Positions 1-10,744 of a DNA stretch of 64,000 nucleotides are shown here, in pieces. Source of the DNA: Octopus vulgaris (Eukaryota). The stretch spans positions 129,828,001-129,892,000 of the forward strand of contig OX597816.1 in NCBI GenBank assembly GCA_951406725.2. Reading direction: 5' to 3'. Under the pieces are notes generated by a model. The model had not been told where the DNA came from, ran no database searches, and saw only the letters and a list, made by a program, of their open reading frames with translations. Position 1 is the first letter of the stretch. Each line of letters begins with the position of its first letter. The translations under genes and the position numbers were made by a program.

Positions 1-82
1 AGTTGTAAACTTTTATAGAGAAGAAAGAAGAATTGTATGGATACAAACTCTATTTTGTTTGTCCATCAATAAAGATGGGTAA

Positions 83-272
83 AGGGGTGAGCTGACAGAA
101 TCGTTCGTGTGTCGGACAAAATACTTCACGCATTTTTTCCGACTCGTTACATTCTGAGATCAAATTTCACCAAGGTCGACTTTGCTTTCCATCCTTTCGG
201 GAGCGATAAAATAAGTACCATTTGAACACTGGAGTTGATGTAATCGACTTATCTACCTCTTTAAAATTGCTG
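83..272 (+). mobile_element. tRNA-derived SINE with Meta-like central domain (family B), diverged copy
   Basis: Head ggtgagctgacagaatcgtt, then gtcgactttgctttccatcctttcgggagcgataaaataagtacca, matching many other copies in the window and the MetaSINE-type GCCTTCCATCCTT..GGTCGATAAAATGAGTACC motif. Confidence 0.8.
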
Positions 273-1683
273 CAACCAATATTAAACCCTATTATACTAA
301 TCAAAAATATAAAAACCAAAATTAAAATTCATGAAGTCGGTGTGAGTGAACGGCAATTGTAATGGTAAAATTTCATAATTCCAGAAACATTTTGTCAGGT
401 TAATAGAATAAAAGAGATTCGTCCTACATTAAGAAACTCCACCTGTCATTTTCCGTTCTTTAGAGTAAAATGAAGATAACATAAATCAAAAGGCAAATTT
501 TTTATTTGCTTTATCCTCATAAAGGAAAGATAAAGAAGATATCTTCTTTTGAAGATAAGGCATACAGGCTTATCAAAAGGAGATATCCGCTTTTAGAACT
601 TTATGAAATTATGAATCCTATGGGAGTAGTACATATAGGGATAATTTCGGTGATATTTCACTTTCAGAGGAAAGCAAAACCCTGATAATAAGGGCGGTAA
701 CTACATACTCAAAGATAATGGCTGAGTCACCCCATCTTCTGTTTCATTTTACTTTATATTAACTTCAGTATATTTTATGAGAATTTTAGGTTTCAGGCAT
801 TCCCAACCCACTAGCCTCTCCCTCCTTCTTTCATCCCCCTTTTCATGTCCACCCCACACCGTAGTTTTGCACTAATTATTACGCCCAGTCCTTCCTACAA
901 TGTCGGGTTCTGGAATTACCTTCTTGCTCATTTCTTTCCTGCAAATATTGATTTGCAAATGTTCAAGAGGAACATTAATGGCATCAGTCTCAACTAGTCT
1001 TAAAGGGACTGCGAAAGTCATAAACACTGCCTTTTCCTCCAGACCCAACAAGTAAAAAAAAAAAAGGACAAAATGTATTATTGACTTTATTCTGTCTTTT
1101 TTACTAGAATCTAACATTGATTAAAAGTTTGATATATTTCCTATCAGATACACCAGGAAGAAACTCTGCATATTTTATTAAATTCGTGTCCTCATAATTT
1201 ATATTTCTTTTTTATCTGTTGCCTGACAAATAACTTAACTGGGTTTTCATCTTCAGCTGATACATTGATCAAAAATAGTTTGTATTAGAACTAGAAATTT
1301 TACCAATTAATTATTTATTATTGAACATAACAGAATTGTCCAATGATACATTTATTCAATGTTGAGTATTAAAGATGTAGTAAGCTAATCTCAAAAGACA
1401 ACATATTTCAGTAATGAAAAGATGACTTTGATTATTTCTGATATTGCTATTATTAAAAAGAATCAACCCAACCCCCGCTTTTTTATTATTAGTATTTACT
1501 AAGTAAGCGAATTTTAACTTGATGCACTTTTTTTCCTGACTGTTAGTCGTGATGGAGTTGGCAGGTTATTTTTTAACTCTGAGCAGTTCTACATGGATTA
1601 GAGTCGAAGAAAATATCAGAGATACACATTACAAGAAAAATAAAGCAGGGAAGTCGTCACAAGCCAATAATTTCGAAACACTT

Positions 1684-1719
<36 letters not shown>

Positions 1720-4700
1720 CCCACTCTCTAAGATAAACAACATCTAACTCATTTATCTTAGAAATACCAAAATAGTTCAGAGTAATAGATCAAATACGGG
1801 ATCTCCTGAATTTCTTGCTCTCTATGCTTTCACCCTTCGTATTCAAACATTCATCGTATTTAATCCAAGTAGTTGTTCAGTATTAGAGTCGTCCTAAATT
1901 CTGCCATACGTTGCTTATTGGAGAATGCTAATTTCAGTAATTGTTATAATTTCCGGTTAACCTCCTTGGATCCGTATCTTCTGAAATTGACAATATATCG
2001 TTAATGCCTTACTATTTTGAAGATTTTTTGTTGTTATTGTTGTTTACGAAAAAATGAGAACAATTTCTTTTGTAGGCAGTTTACGAGCTAGATCCCGAGA
2101 TAATTAAGCAAGATTGTAAAATTCTTAGCAAATTTTTGCTAACTCTTGAATTATCACTAAATTTATGATTTTCAAAAAGCAGTTTTGTCCAATTGTGAGA
2201 GATTTATTCCGTCTGCCATTAGGTGACTTCTAAATAGCATCGTAATTATATGATGGGCTGAATACTGTTTTGTTATTAATTCTTAATTTAAAGCTGCAAT
2301 GTATATGAAGTTAACACTTCTTTTTACTCTGTATTAAATCCATTTCCTACACAGTAATATTCAAGGAATTCGTTATATTTTCTTTACAAGTATCTCATAT
2401 TCAAAATAGTTTAGAAAACATTCAGTCGTTTATAGACTACATGGCCTTAAACTAGATCAATCTCTGAAATTGTTAATATAATATCAGCATTATACTTTAT
2501 GTGTGTGTATGCATATATTCGTCTCCAGTGGTATGCTAAATGAAATTAAGTCCTTTGACAACTTCTAGGTGAATTAAAACTTTGACTTCTTCATCCATAT
2601 TTCCAGGAAGGCCTTACAAAGTAGAATCTTGTACAACGTTTGTACAAAAGCTTAGCATCACCACTGAAACGCTACACCTTTCGTGGTAATTATATCAAGA
2701 ATATGGATAGATAAACCTTGAAGGATAAAAAGCTTCAGTCAATATTCGTCTGAGATAGATCTTTTTAATTGATATGGCAGCCAAACAAAAGCAGTACAAC
2801 GACACACAGACTGTTAAAGTTGAATTGAAATTGAATCGGACGTAGGAATTTGTTTCCTAATTCTTCATTGTCGGTGGCTTAGAAAACCTGCCTCTATTTA
2901 TATGGATATTATCATTTGCATGCAAAATCTGCGAAACCGTACAATAAATTCGCTGGCATCATGTGAATATTAAATAATTTCTATTTTAGTAGAAGTATTC
3001 ATATATTCATTATGATAGCCTCTCTTTACGATTTTTTTTTTTCCAGTGTTATCATCACATTAATTGCCACCAACTAGTAGTTTCAATAGCTGTTCTTGCT
3101 TTTGCTATCGTAACTGTCGTTTTAAATATATAGAACCTTAAATAGTGGGTCGGTTGATGCGTTGATGCATAAAACTTTTTGTTCTGCAAGTAGTAGAGAA
3201 GTTCATAGCGAACATTTTTATCATTCTTTCTCCCATCCTGACTGTCATTGTAACAAACAATATCTCCCTGTTTCTACTTTCATTTTTGCCTCCTTCCCAT
3301 CCTCCTACATCGTCACCATTATAATTGAAATATTCAATAGAAATGGCATATTTAGTTAAATCATTTAACCTTGTTTAGATTCTGCAAGTAGAAGATTTTT
3401 CTCCTGAGTGCATTTAAACTCGTCTTTCTTCCTTCTCACTTTCCTTTCTTGTTACTCGAGCATTTTTTTCCAGTGAGTTCTCCTCCCTGATCATGTACAT
3501 TTCCGATTTTTTTCTTTAATTGTACTTTTTTCTACCCCCACCGCTGTCCACTCCTACTCATTTCCCTCTACTATCTAGAAAATAACTTAAGCCTGAGACA
3601 ACAGATTGCTATGTTGTAAGTTAAATGTGTAAAGTATTCACTGCTTATTCGTTTCCATATTAAAGTAATCTGGGTCAATCATTTTAATAGTACACCTTCG
3701 TTTGTCATCTTTTTTTTCCACATACTCTGCAGAATGAACTAGTTTTCAAGAAACAACTCTTACTTTACTGCAAATGGAAACAAATCGTAAAACGCGTTAT
3801 TATTTGGTGGTCTTTGTGTAAGCAAGGAAGTAACTTTGAATTCATAACATTATTTTATCGTTTTGCAATTTCTAGTATCTTTGAAAGTTTGACACTAGTT
3901 AAATCAGGTATTTAGTGCTCACTACATTAAATATACAAGCACAAACTTAACTTTCATTTTTCATGTTGAATGCGTCTCGGAGAAATTGACCTCGGTTATT
4001 TGTTTAATTTCTTTTTATCAATTTAGAAAGTTAAATGTATCTCCAAATAATTAAGTAATTTGTTTTTTAATTTTAAGTCAATGGTTTTGGAAATCAAGAA
4101 CGATATAGTACTTCATGAAAATGAAATCATTAATTTCATTATGAAATTATGTGGGTTATTTCTTTGGTTGTTTTTTTACCTATCGAATATGTACATAGCT
4201 CTCTGGAACTTAGGAAATTTAGCGTAAGAAAATCTTAAAGGTTACTCACTTCTTACGCATCAAAAACTATTCTTCCTTTGTTGTCATTGAACACTTTCCA
4301 GTTATTAACTAACCAATGATTATCAGTAAAAAATAATTGAAAACTTAAGTGTTTTAAAAGATATGCATGATATCAACGTGTCGGTGTTGCAGTAATGTTT
4401 AAATTTGCTTTAAAAATAAACGTTTGGTTATTGTTCTCTAGTGTTTCATTCAATATGTTGAACATTAGGAAGAAATTAATTTGACCAAAGCTTATTTACA
4501 AGTTAGTAACATCAAGATTTACGTATGTTTCAAACGTAGTATACCGAAGTTTATTAAATTTCTGTGCACTAAATTCATTCAATATTTTAATGTTGTGTTT
4601 AATGGGAATAAAACTTTTAATGCAGTCTTTTGAAAGCATATCTTTATCGAGATTATGACTTTTATTTGATCGAAGTGAAATTATATCTTATGGTATGAAA

Positions 4701-5324
4701 AAATAAGAGAATAAGTAACCAAACATAATAAATATCATAAAAAGGGAACAAACAGACAAACGAAATAAATGCATCAACTAGATAAATTATAAGCTGATGT
4801 ACTCCATCCCAGTCTAATTTTCCGCGTTTTTTTTTTTTTTTTTTTTTTTACTACCGCTCGCTGTCATAGTTCTGTTTCGTTCTTTACTACTAGCTGCCTG
4901 TTTCTCATTTCGTTAGCCCGCGTCCTAGTCGCCCTTTTTTCTTCTTTTATATTTTACTACAATGGCTAAGTCAGTTTACATATCAGCACTCCATATTCCT
5001 GTTTTTTTTTTTATATATGTAATTCAATCTAAATCATTGATGTAAAACTGATCGTTTCCATTCCCTGGTCATGTCAGCACCATGTCCTTGTGATTTTGTT
5101 GCTCCTCTCACTCTCTAACTTTTGTTAGCTTCCTCCTCCTGATCTCCGGTATAAATGTACATGAAAGCACACTTACAACTGATTGTATAATGCATAGTTA
5201 TATTATTTCTTAATAGCACTATCGCATCACGCAATACTGAGGGCTTTTATTCGTTTGTGCCACGTTCCGAGCTATAATGTTTGTTAATGCCCCTCTAAAT
5301 CTTCTGTCAATTCTACTCTTGATT

Positions 5325-5430
5325 GTTTAACTCCAAATCAACTCTGATCAAGCTGATAAGACGTTACAGCCATGACCAACCTATATTTTTGTATATCACG
5401 AACAACTAGAATGTACAATGTATCCTTCTT
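5325..5430 (-). mobile_element. SINE tail fragment (family C)
   Basis: Similar by eye to 27815-28015, 31615-31780, 54940-55130, 55990-56210, 56225-56410 (same strand) and 30520-30600, 53170-53345 (opposite strand). Confidence 0.5.
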
Positions 5431-5594
5431 TATATAAGGGGGTAGAGTGACTTTTTTTGAAAGGATATTTGGTTGATATTTCTAGCAGGCAAGTGATCAT
5501 GAAGAAGCTTCCTCGTGGGCTTGCTTTTAACTGTAGTTAAACTCCTTGCCAGAATATTAAGGAGTTTTACATACACACACACAACTGACACTTC

Positions 5595-6290
5595 ACTGTT
5601 CATGATTTTAATGTTGCGTAGATTAAGGCGTCTCTTAAACCTATCAAACCAGCCTTCATTAGCAAGAACTTCCTGTAAATCATTGAACAAACTTTTAGAT
5701 TTGGTTTGAATGACCATTGTATTTATCGGTACATTACGTCCAGTCTGATCATCGATCCACACTTACTAGCCTTTGTATTTTAGGTATAACTTCAGTTCTA
5801 CGAAAAACATTTGTATTTAACAGAGTTGCTGCTTGAACACTTGATTTCATTTTTATCTTTATTGTGATGTATTGTTTTACTGTAAAAGCGCATGGCTCAG
5901 TGGTTAGAGCGTCGAACTTACGATTGTGAGGTTGTGAGCTCGAATCCCGGACCGGGCTGCGTGCTGTGTTCTTGAGCAAGACACTTTATTTCACGTTGCT
6001 CCAGTTCACTCAGCTGTAGAAATGAGCTGCGACGTCACAGGTGCTAAGCTGTATCGGCCTTTGCCTGTCACTTGGCGTGGAGAGGGAAGGCCGGTATGCA
6101 TGGGCGACTGCTGGTCTTCCATAAAACAACCTTGCTCGGACTTGTGCCTGGGAGGGTAACTTTCTAGGTGCAATTCCATGGTCTGTGTTGTGACCGAAGG
6201 GGGTCTCAGATTGTTTCTACTGTAGACATTGCAAGCTTTAATATGTTTAGCTATATAGCTTTGTAAAATATCAACTTAGGTTTAAAACTT
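5595..6290 (-). pseudogene. Tigger/pogo-family transposase N-terminal remnant (CENP-B-like HTH), interrupted by a SINE
   Basis: After removing the SINE and allowing frameshifts: LAMSTVETI..NKDKMKSSVQAATLL..RRTEVIPKIQRLVSVWIDDQTGRNVPINTMVIQTKSKSLF..ANEGWFDRFKRRLNLRNIKI, typical of Tigger HTH domains (W..DQ, GWFDRFK.R). Confidence 0.85.
5885..6209 (+). mobile_element. Full-length tRNA-derived SINE with CORE-like segment
   Basis: A box tggctcagtgg, B box gctcgaatccc, CORE-like gtgttcttgagcaagacacttt. Flanked by a near-identical TSD: attgttttactgta (5871-5884) and attgtttctactgta (6210-6224). Confidence 0.85.
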
Positions 6291-6361
6291 GTTAAATTGA
6301 TCAGAGTTTCTGTAACGTGAGTATTTCGGTGTGTGCGTGAATTTATGTATATATATATATA

Positions 6362-6515
6362 TAGTTTCTCTCCTTGTTTTTTTTTTGTGTCCCTTTCTGT
6401 AGAAGAGCGTAGGCTCGAAATGTAAAAGACTTTTTCGATTCCTGAGCGTTATACTAATACATCTGTTTGTTTTGTACACCACCTGTCTTCGTCTTTTGAT
6501 TTTTACGTGAACTCT

Positions 6516-6519
<4 letters not shown>
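6362..6519 (+). mobile_element. TA-microsatellite-embedded repeat, Penelope-terminus-like, with a hammerhead-like motif
   Basis: Bounded by (TA)n on both sides. Contains cttt-CTGTAGA-a-GAGC-gtag-GCTC-GAAA-tg-TA-aaag. Its end recurs inverted at about 6557-6583. Confidence 0.5.
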
Positions 6520-6559
<40 letters not shown>

Positions 6560-6835
6560 AGAGTTTACGAAAAAAGCAAAAGAGAGAGAGTGAAAGATAT
6601 AACGATCCCAACCAACCCGACACATACGTGTCTATAAATATGTACTAGATGTGAAACTACATAAGTGACTAGAGGGCCATGAGTTTTTTGGGGTTTTTTT
6701 CACTAAAGTACTTATCAAACTTATCTAATAAATAAGTGTACGTACTCTGCTTACGTATTTATTTCTATTTCACCCGTTTGTATCGCCAGACACGCGCGCG
6801 CGCGCGCGTGTGTGTTCTTTCACACGCTCCATCAA

Positions 6836-6990
6836 GTAGAGTCCTAGGCACACTGCGGTCCGTGGGACTTTCTGTATGGCATGCCTAACATAAAAGTTAC
6901 CTTGGAAATTTTTTTAGCGGTGCGGCCCGCCTGATGATGAGTCATGTTTCATGTGGCTCGCTTCTTGAAAAAAGTTGTTGCCCATGCAAG
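6836..6990 (+). mobile_element. Non-autonomous hAT/Charlie-like MITE
   Basis: gcggcccgc subterminal motifs and ...gttgcccatgc end. Homologous to 26738-26890. Confidence 0.6.
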
Positions 6991-7501
6991 ATCTAATAGG
7001 AGGAGTGTCGTAATCATACCGGATATTGTCGAAATATACGATTTGAAGTTCCAAAATTAGGTCTTTAATCGATGATTTATTTCAACTCCTAAATTTGAAA
7101 AACAATATCGCTGATTTAGTCAAATGTCAATTACTTTTGTTTAAATTGATTAGCTACTGAACAAAAAATTTTAGTAATTAATTTAATTAATTTTCGTCAT
7201 CGGAAGCTTAATCAAATTATATTGGATAGAAGGTGGAATGTTTGTTAAACAGTTCATCAATTTACGGTCAGAGTCTAATATTGGCGCTCTCTCTCTCTCT
7301 CTCTCTAACTCTCTCTTATTTTCCATCTAATTTTATACACGTTGGTCCCTTTTCTTTTCTTTCTCTTTTTATCATCGATCTTTCTCCCTCCCTTATCATT
7401 TTCTTTTTTTTTTCTTTTTGTGAAATGGAAGATTTCATGTGCAAACAAGGAGATAATTAAAAGTTATCCGACCACAACGCTGAAATTTATATATATATAT
7501 A

Positions 7502-7576
<75 letters not shown>

Positions 7577-7637
7577 AGAACCCTTATCTGGGCCCTACAT
7601 TTTCTGTTACCCCCATTCCTTAATAATGATAATAACC

Positions 7638-8301
7638 TTTTTTACAATAGGTACAAGACCTGAAATTATGTGAGATGGGTTAGGTCGATTACATCGACCC
7701 CAGTGTTGAGCTGGTACTTATTTTATCGATTCCGAAAGGATGGAAGGTAAAGTCAACTTCGGCAGAATTTGAACTCAGAATGTAAAGACAGACGAAATGC
7801 CACTGAGCATTTTGCCCGGCGTGTTAACGATTCTGCCAACTCACCGCCTTAATATTGATGACTTAAAATTTTGGCAGAAAGTCAGTAATTTCGGAGCGGG
7901 GTAAATCGATTATATCGACCCCTGTTCTCAACTGGTACTTATTTTATCGACCCCGAAAGAGATAAAAGGCAAAGTCGATCTCGGCGGAATTTGAACTGCG
8001 AACGTAAAGAAGGACGAATTGCTGCTAAGCATTTTGCCCGGCATGCTAACGATTCTGCCAGCTCGCCGCCGTAATAATAATAATCCTTTTTATTACATCG
8101 ACCCCAGTGCTAGAAAAATTTGGGGGAGGGGGATAGTCAATTACATCGACCTCAGTGCCTAACTGGTACTTAATTTATCGACCCCGAAAGGATGAAAGGC
8201 AAATTAGACCTCGGCGGGATTTGAACTCAGAATGTTGCGACAGGCGAAATACCGCTTAGCACTTCGTCCGGCGTGCTAATGATTCTGCCAACTCACCGCC
8301 C

Positions 8302-8302
<1 letters not shown>
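7638..8302 (-). mobile_element. Head-to-tail array of three family-B (Meta-domain) SINEs
   Basis: Three repeats of tcgacccc..ctggtacttatttt atcgaccccgaaaggatgaaaggcaaagtcgacctcggcggaatttgaactcagaa..ctgccagctcgccgcc, separated by short AT-rich/(TAA)n spacers. Confidence 0.9.
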
Positions 8303-8332
<30 letters not shown>

Positions 8333-8695
8333 TGAAAAAAAAGACATTATGTGAAGCATTTCAATCGATGCAGTATTCATTCATGTGGAAAACGGGTTGA
8401 AGATCTATGGGTGGGGGAATATTTTAATTCACATTGTATCAGTAGAGGGATATCTGAAATAAGAGGTTCAACAAGTTTTGCCATTAAGGCTTGCTAACTG
8501 AGATCGAAACTGACTATAATTAGCGAGCAGCCGCAATGGATGACTTTTGATTGAAGTTAATCACTTCTGAAGCTTTTATTCCATATTTCTTAATTACATC
8601 AATACTACTGAGAGACAGTTTTCTTGAATGCAACGCTACAGAGTCCTTCCCCATCCCATCACTCATACTCATACTTGTTTATCATCTCTGCTCCC

Positions 8696-8697
<2 letters not shown>

Positions 8698-8746
<49 letters not shown>
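8698..8746. repeat. (TAT)n microsatellite
   Basis: Perfect trinucleotide run. Confidence 0.95.
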
Positions 8747-8748
<2 letters not shown>

Positions 8749-9424
8749 TCCTATCCTATCAGTCCCTTTTTCTCCAGTAACGATTTATCGTACTATTGTC
8801 ACCTTTCATTCTGCCCCTGTAAACGTCAATGTAAATAGCTATATAATGGTTTTCAAATGGAAATAATGGCCCGTCTTGTCGCTAACGATCGCCTTTGTTC
8901 TCGCTTAATTAACTTGTGAAACTATAAAAAGAAAAAAAAAGCCCCGCAGTCAAACCAACAAGTGTTTCTTTTCATTCCGGAGGCAAATATCATTAACTTG
9001 AACCAATAAACCCTTTAATTTACATTCCTTATATTCTCCAGCAAATCCTGAATATCGGAATATTTCCATGGATTTGCCTTTTGAGAGGATGATGATCGAA
9101 GAATATGCACATCTAATAATCAAACTGACGCGCGCGTGTGTATGTGTGTGTTCTAATTTGTTAAGTGCAAGGTGAAGCCTTTCTGATTCTGCGGTTTCAG
9201 AGTGCGTCAATCAAAATGCTTAAATAAATAGATCATGACATTTTGACCATATATGTTCATTTATAAAGCGAGGCATGATGGAATAAAGATTTTTTCAAAA
9301 AATCAGTTTTCAATTAATGTTTTATTTATTCTTTTTTATTTTTTTATTTGCATCTTTTGAGTCCAAACCGCTACAAAAAAGGTTTTTGTTTGTTTTTATT
9401 TTTTCTCATCAAAAACTTATTTTT

Positions 9425-9628
9425 TACATTAGGGAAAGTAAGTCTTCGAGGGAAGAGTAAGTCGATTACATCGACCCCAGTGCTCAGCTGGTACTTATTT
9501 TACTGGCCTTGAACAGATGAAAGGCGAAGTCGATCTCGGCGGAATTTGAACTCAGAACGTAAAGACGGCGGAAATGGTGTTAAGTTATTTTGCCTGGCGT
9601 GTTGACAATTCTGTCAGCTCGCTTCCTT
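9425..9628 (-). mobile_element. Family-B SINE
   Basis: Same consensus as the 7638-8302 units. Confidence 0.85.
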
Positions 9629-9918
9629 AAATGAAACGAATACTCCAAATCAATTTATTCTGAAACTATACCATTTCCGTTATTCCACCGCATATAATTT
9701 CTAGTGAGACTGATAACAGTCTATTTTGATTTCAGACAACTGAGTTGTCGTTTATATTGCCATATGGACTCTATTGCTTGGAGAAAGGGTGTAGTGAAAT
9801 ATAACTAACTTCCCCTATATTAGGGAAAGATAAACACTGAAAGAAGGTATTATTTAAAACAGTTCTGTTCAACTTGGGGTAATAACGGTTTTTGTTCTTC
9901 AATATTCGAAAGAACTCG

Positions 9919-10105
9919 TGGGCGGCGAGCTGGCAGAGTTGTTAGCACACCGGGAAAAATGTTTAGCGGAATTTCGCCGAGGTTGACTTTGCCTTTCAAC
10001 CTTTCGGGGTCAATAAAATAAATACCATTTGAGCACTGGAGTCATCATAATCGACTTAGCCTCTCCCCCGAAATTGCTGGCTTATGATATAATTTGAAAT
10101 CAATA
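9919..10105 (+). mobile_element. Family-B SINE with internal deletion
   Basis: ggcggcgagctggcagagttgttagc...gttgactttgcctttcaacctttcggggtcaataaaataaatacc. Confidence 0.85.
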
Positions 10106-10394
10106 TTTAAAGAACTCAAGAGTGAAGCTACGTTTCTTTATGTTATAAATTATAATTCTAAAATGGTTGGTATTGTATTTTATCCTTCCGTTGTCATTAT
10201 AAAATAAATACTAGTAATATACTGCAATCGTGTATCAATGTTGGAAATCAATATTTAAAGGAGCAACCGCATTATTAATTATTGTCATTGTTTCGAATTT
10301 TTGCCACGTAAAAACACGAGCAATATTACTCTGGTTTAGGAAGAATAAAAAGGACTTGTTTAATTACATATTATCTTTTATCTTTTTATTTATT

Positions 10395-10577
10395 TCGGTT
10401 ATTAGACTGCGGCCATGCTGGGGCACCACTCTGAAAAACTTTTGAATCGCTCCCAGGAATTTTTTTTAAGCCTGATACTTATTTTATCCTTCTCTTTTTG
10501 CCGAACCGCTAACTTACAGGGACGTAAACACACCAACACCGGTTGTCAAACGGTGTTGGAGGACAAACACAGACATG

Positions 10578-10625
<48 letters not shown>

Positions 10626-10744
10626 CTTCTTTCTGTCTACCAAATCCACCCACAAGGTCGGCCCAAGGCTATAGTAGAAGAGACTTGCCCAAGGTGCTAC
10701 TCAGTGGGATTGAACCCGGAATCATGCGGGGAAGTAAGCTTCTT
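10395..10744 (-). mobile_element. CORE-like SINE (family A), 3' part; the 5' end is displaced to 12542-12572
   Basis: Reverse complement matches 63121-63535 (gcaccttgggcaagt CORE-like segment, internal (GT)n). The head continues after the 1.8-kb insertion. Confidence 0.9.

Noticed and set aside
5888-5960. tRNA genes at SINE heads (also 33480-33554 and 43850-43922)
   Set aside because: They have A/B boxes but no complete cloverleaf or acceptor stem, and run directly into SINE bodies.
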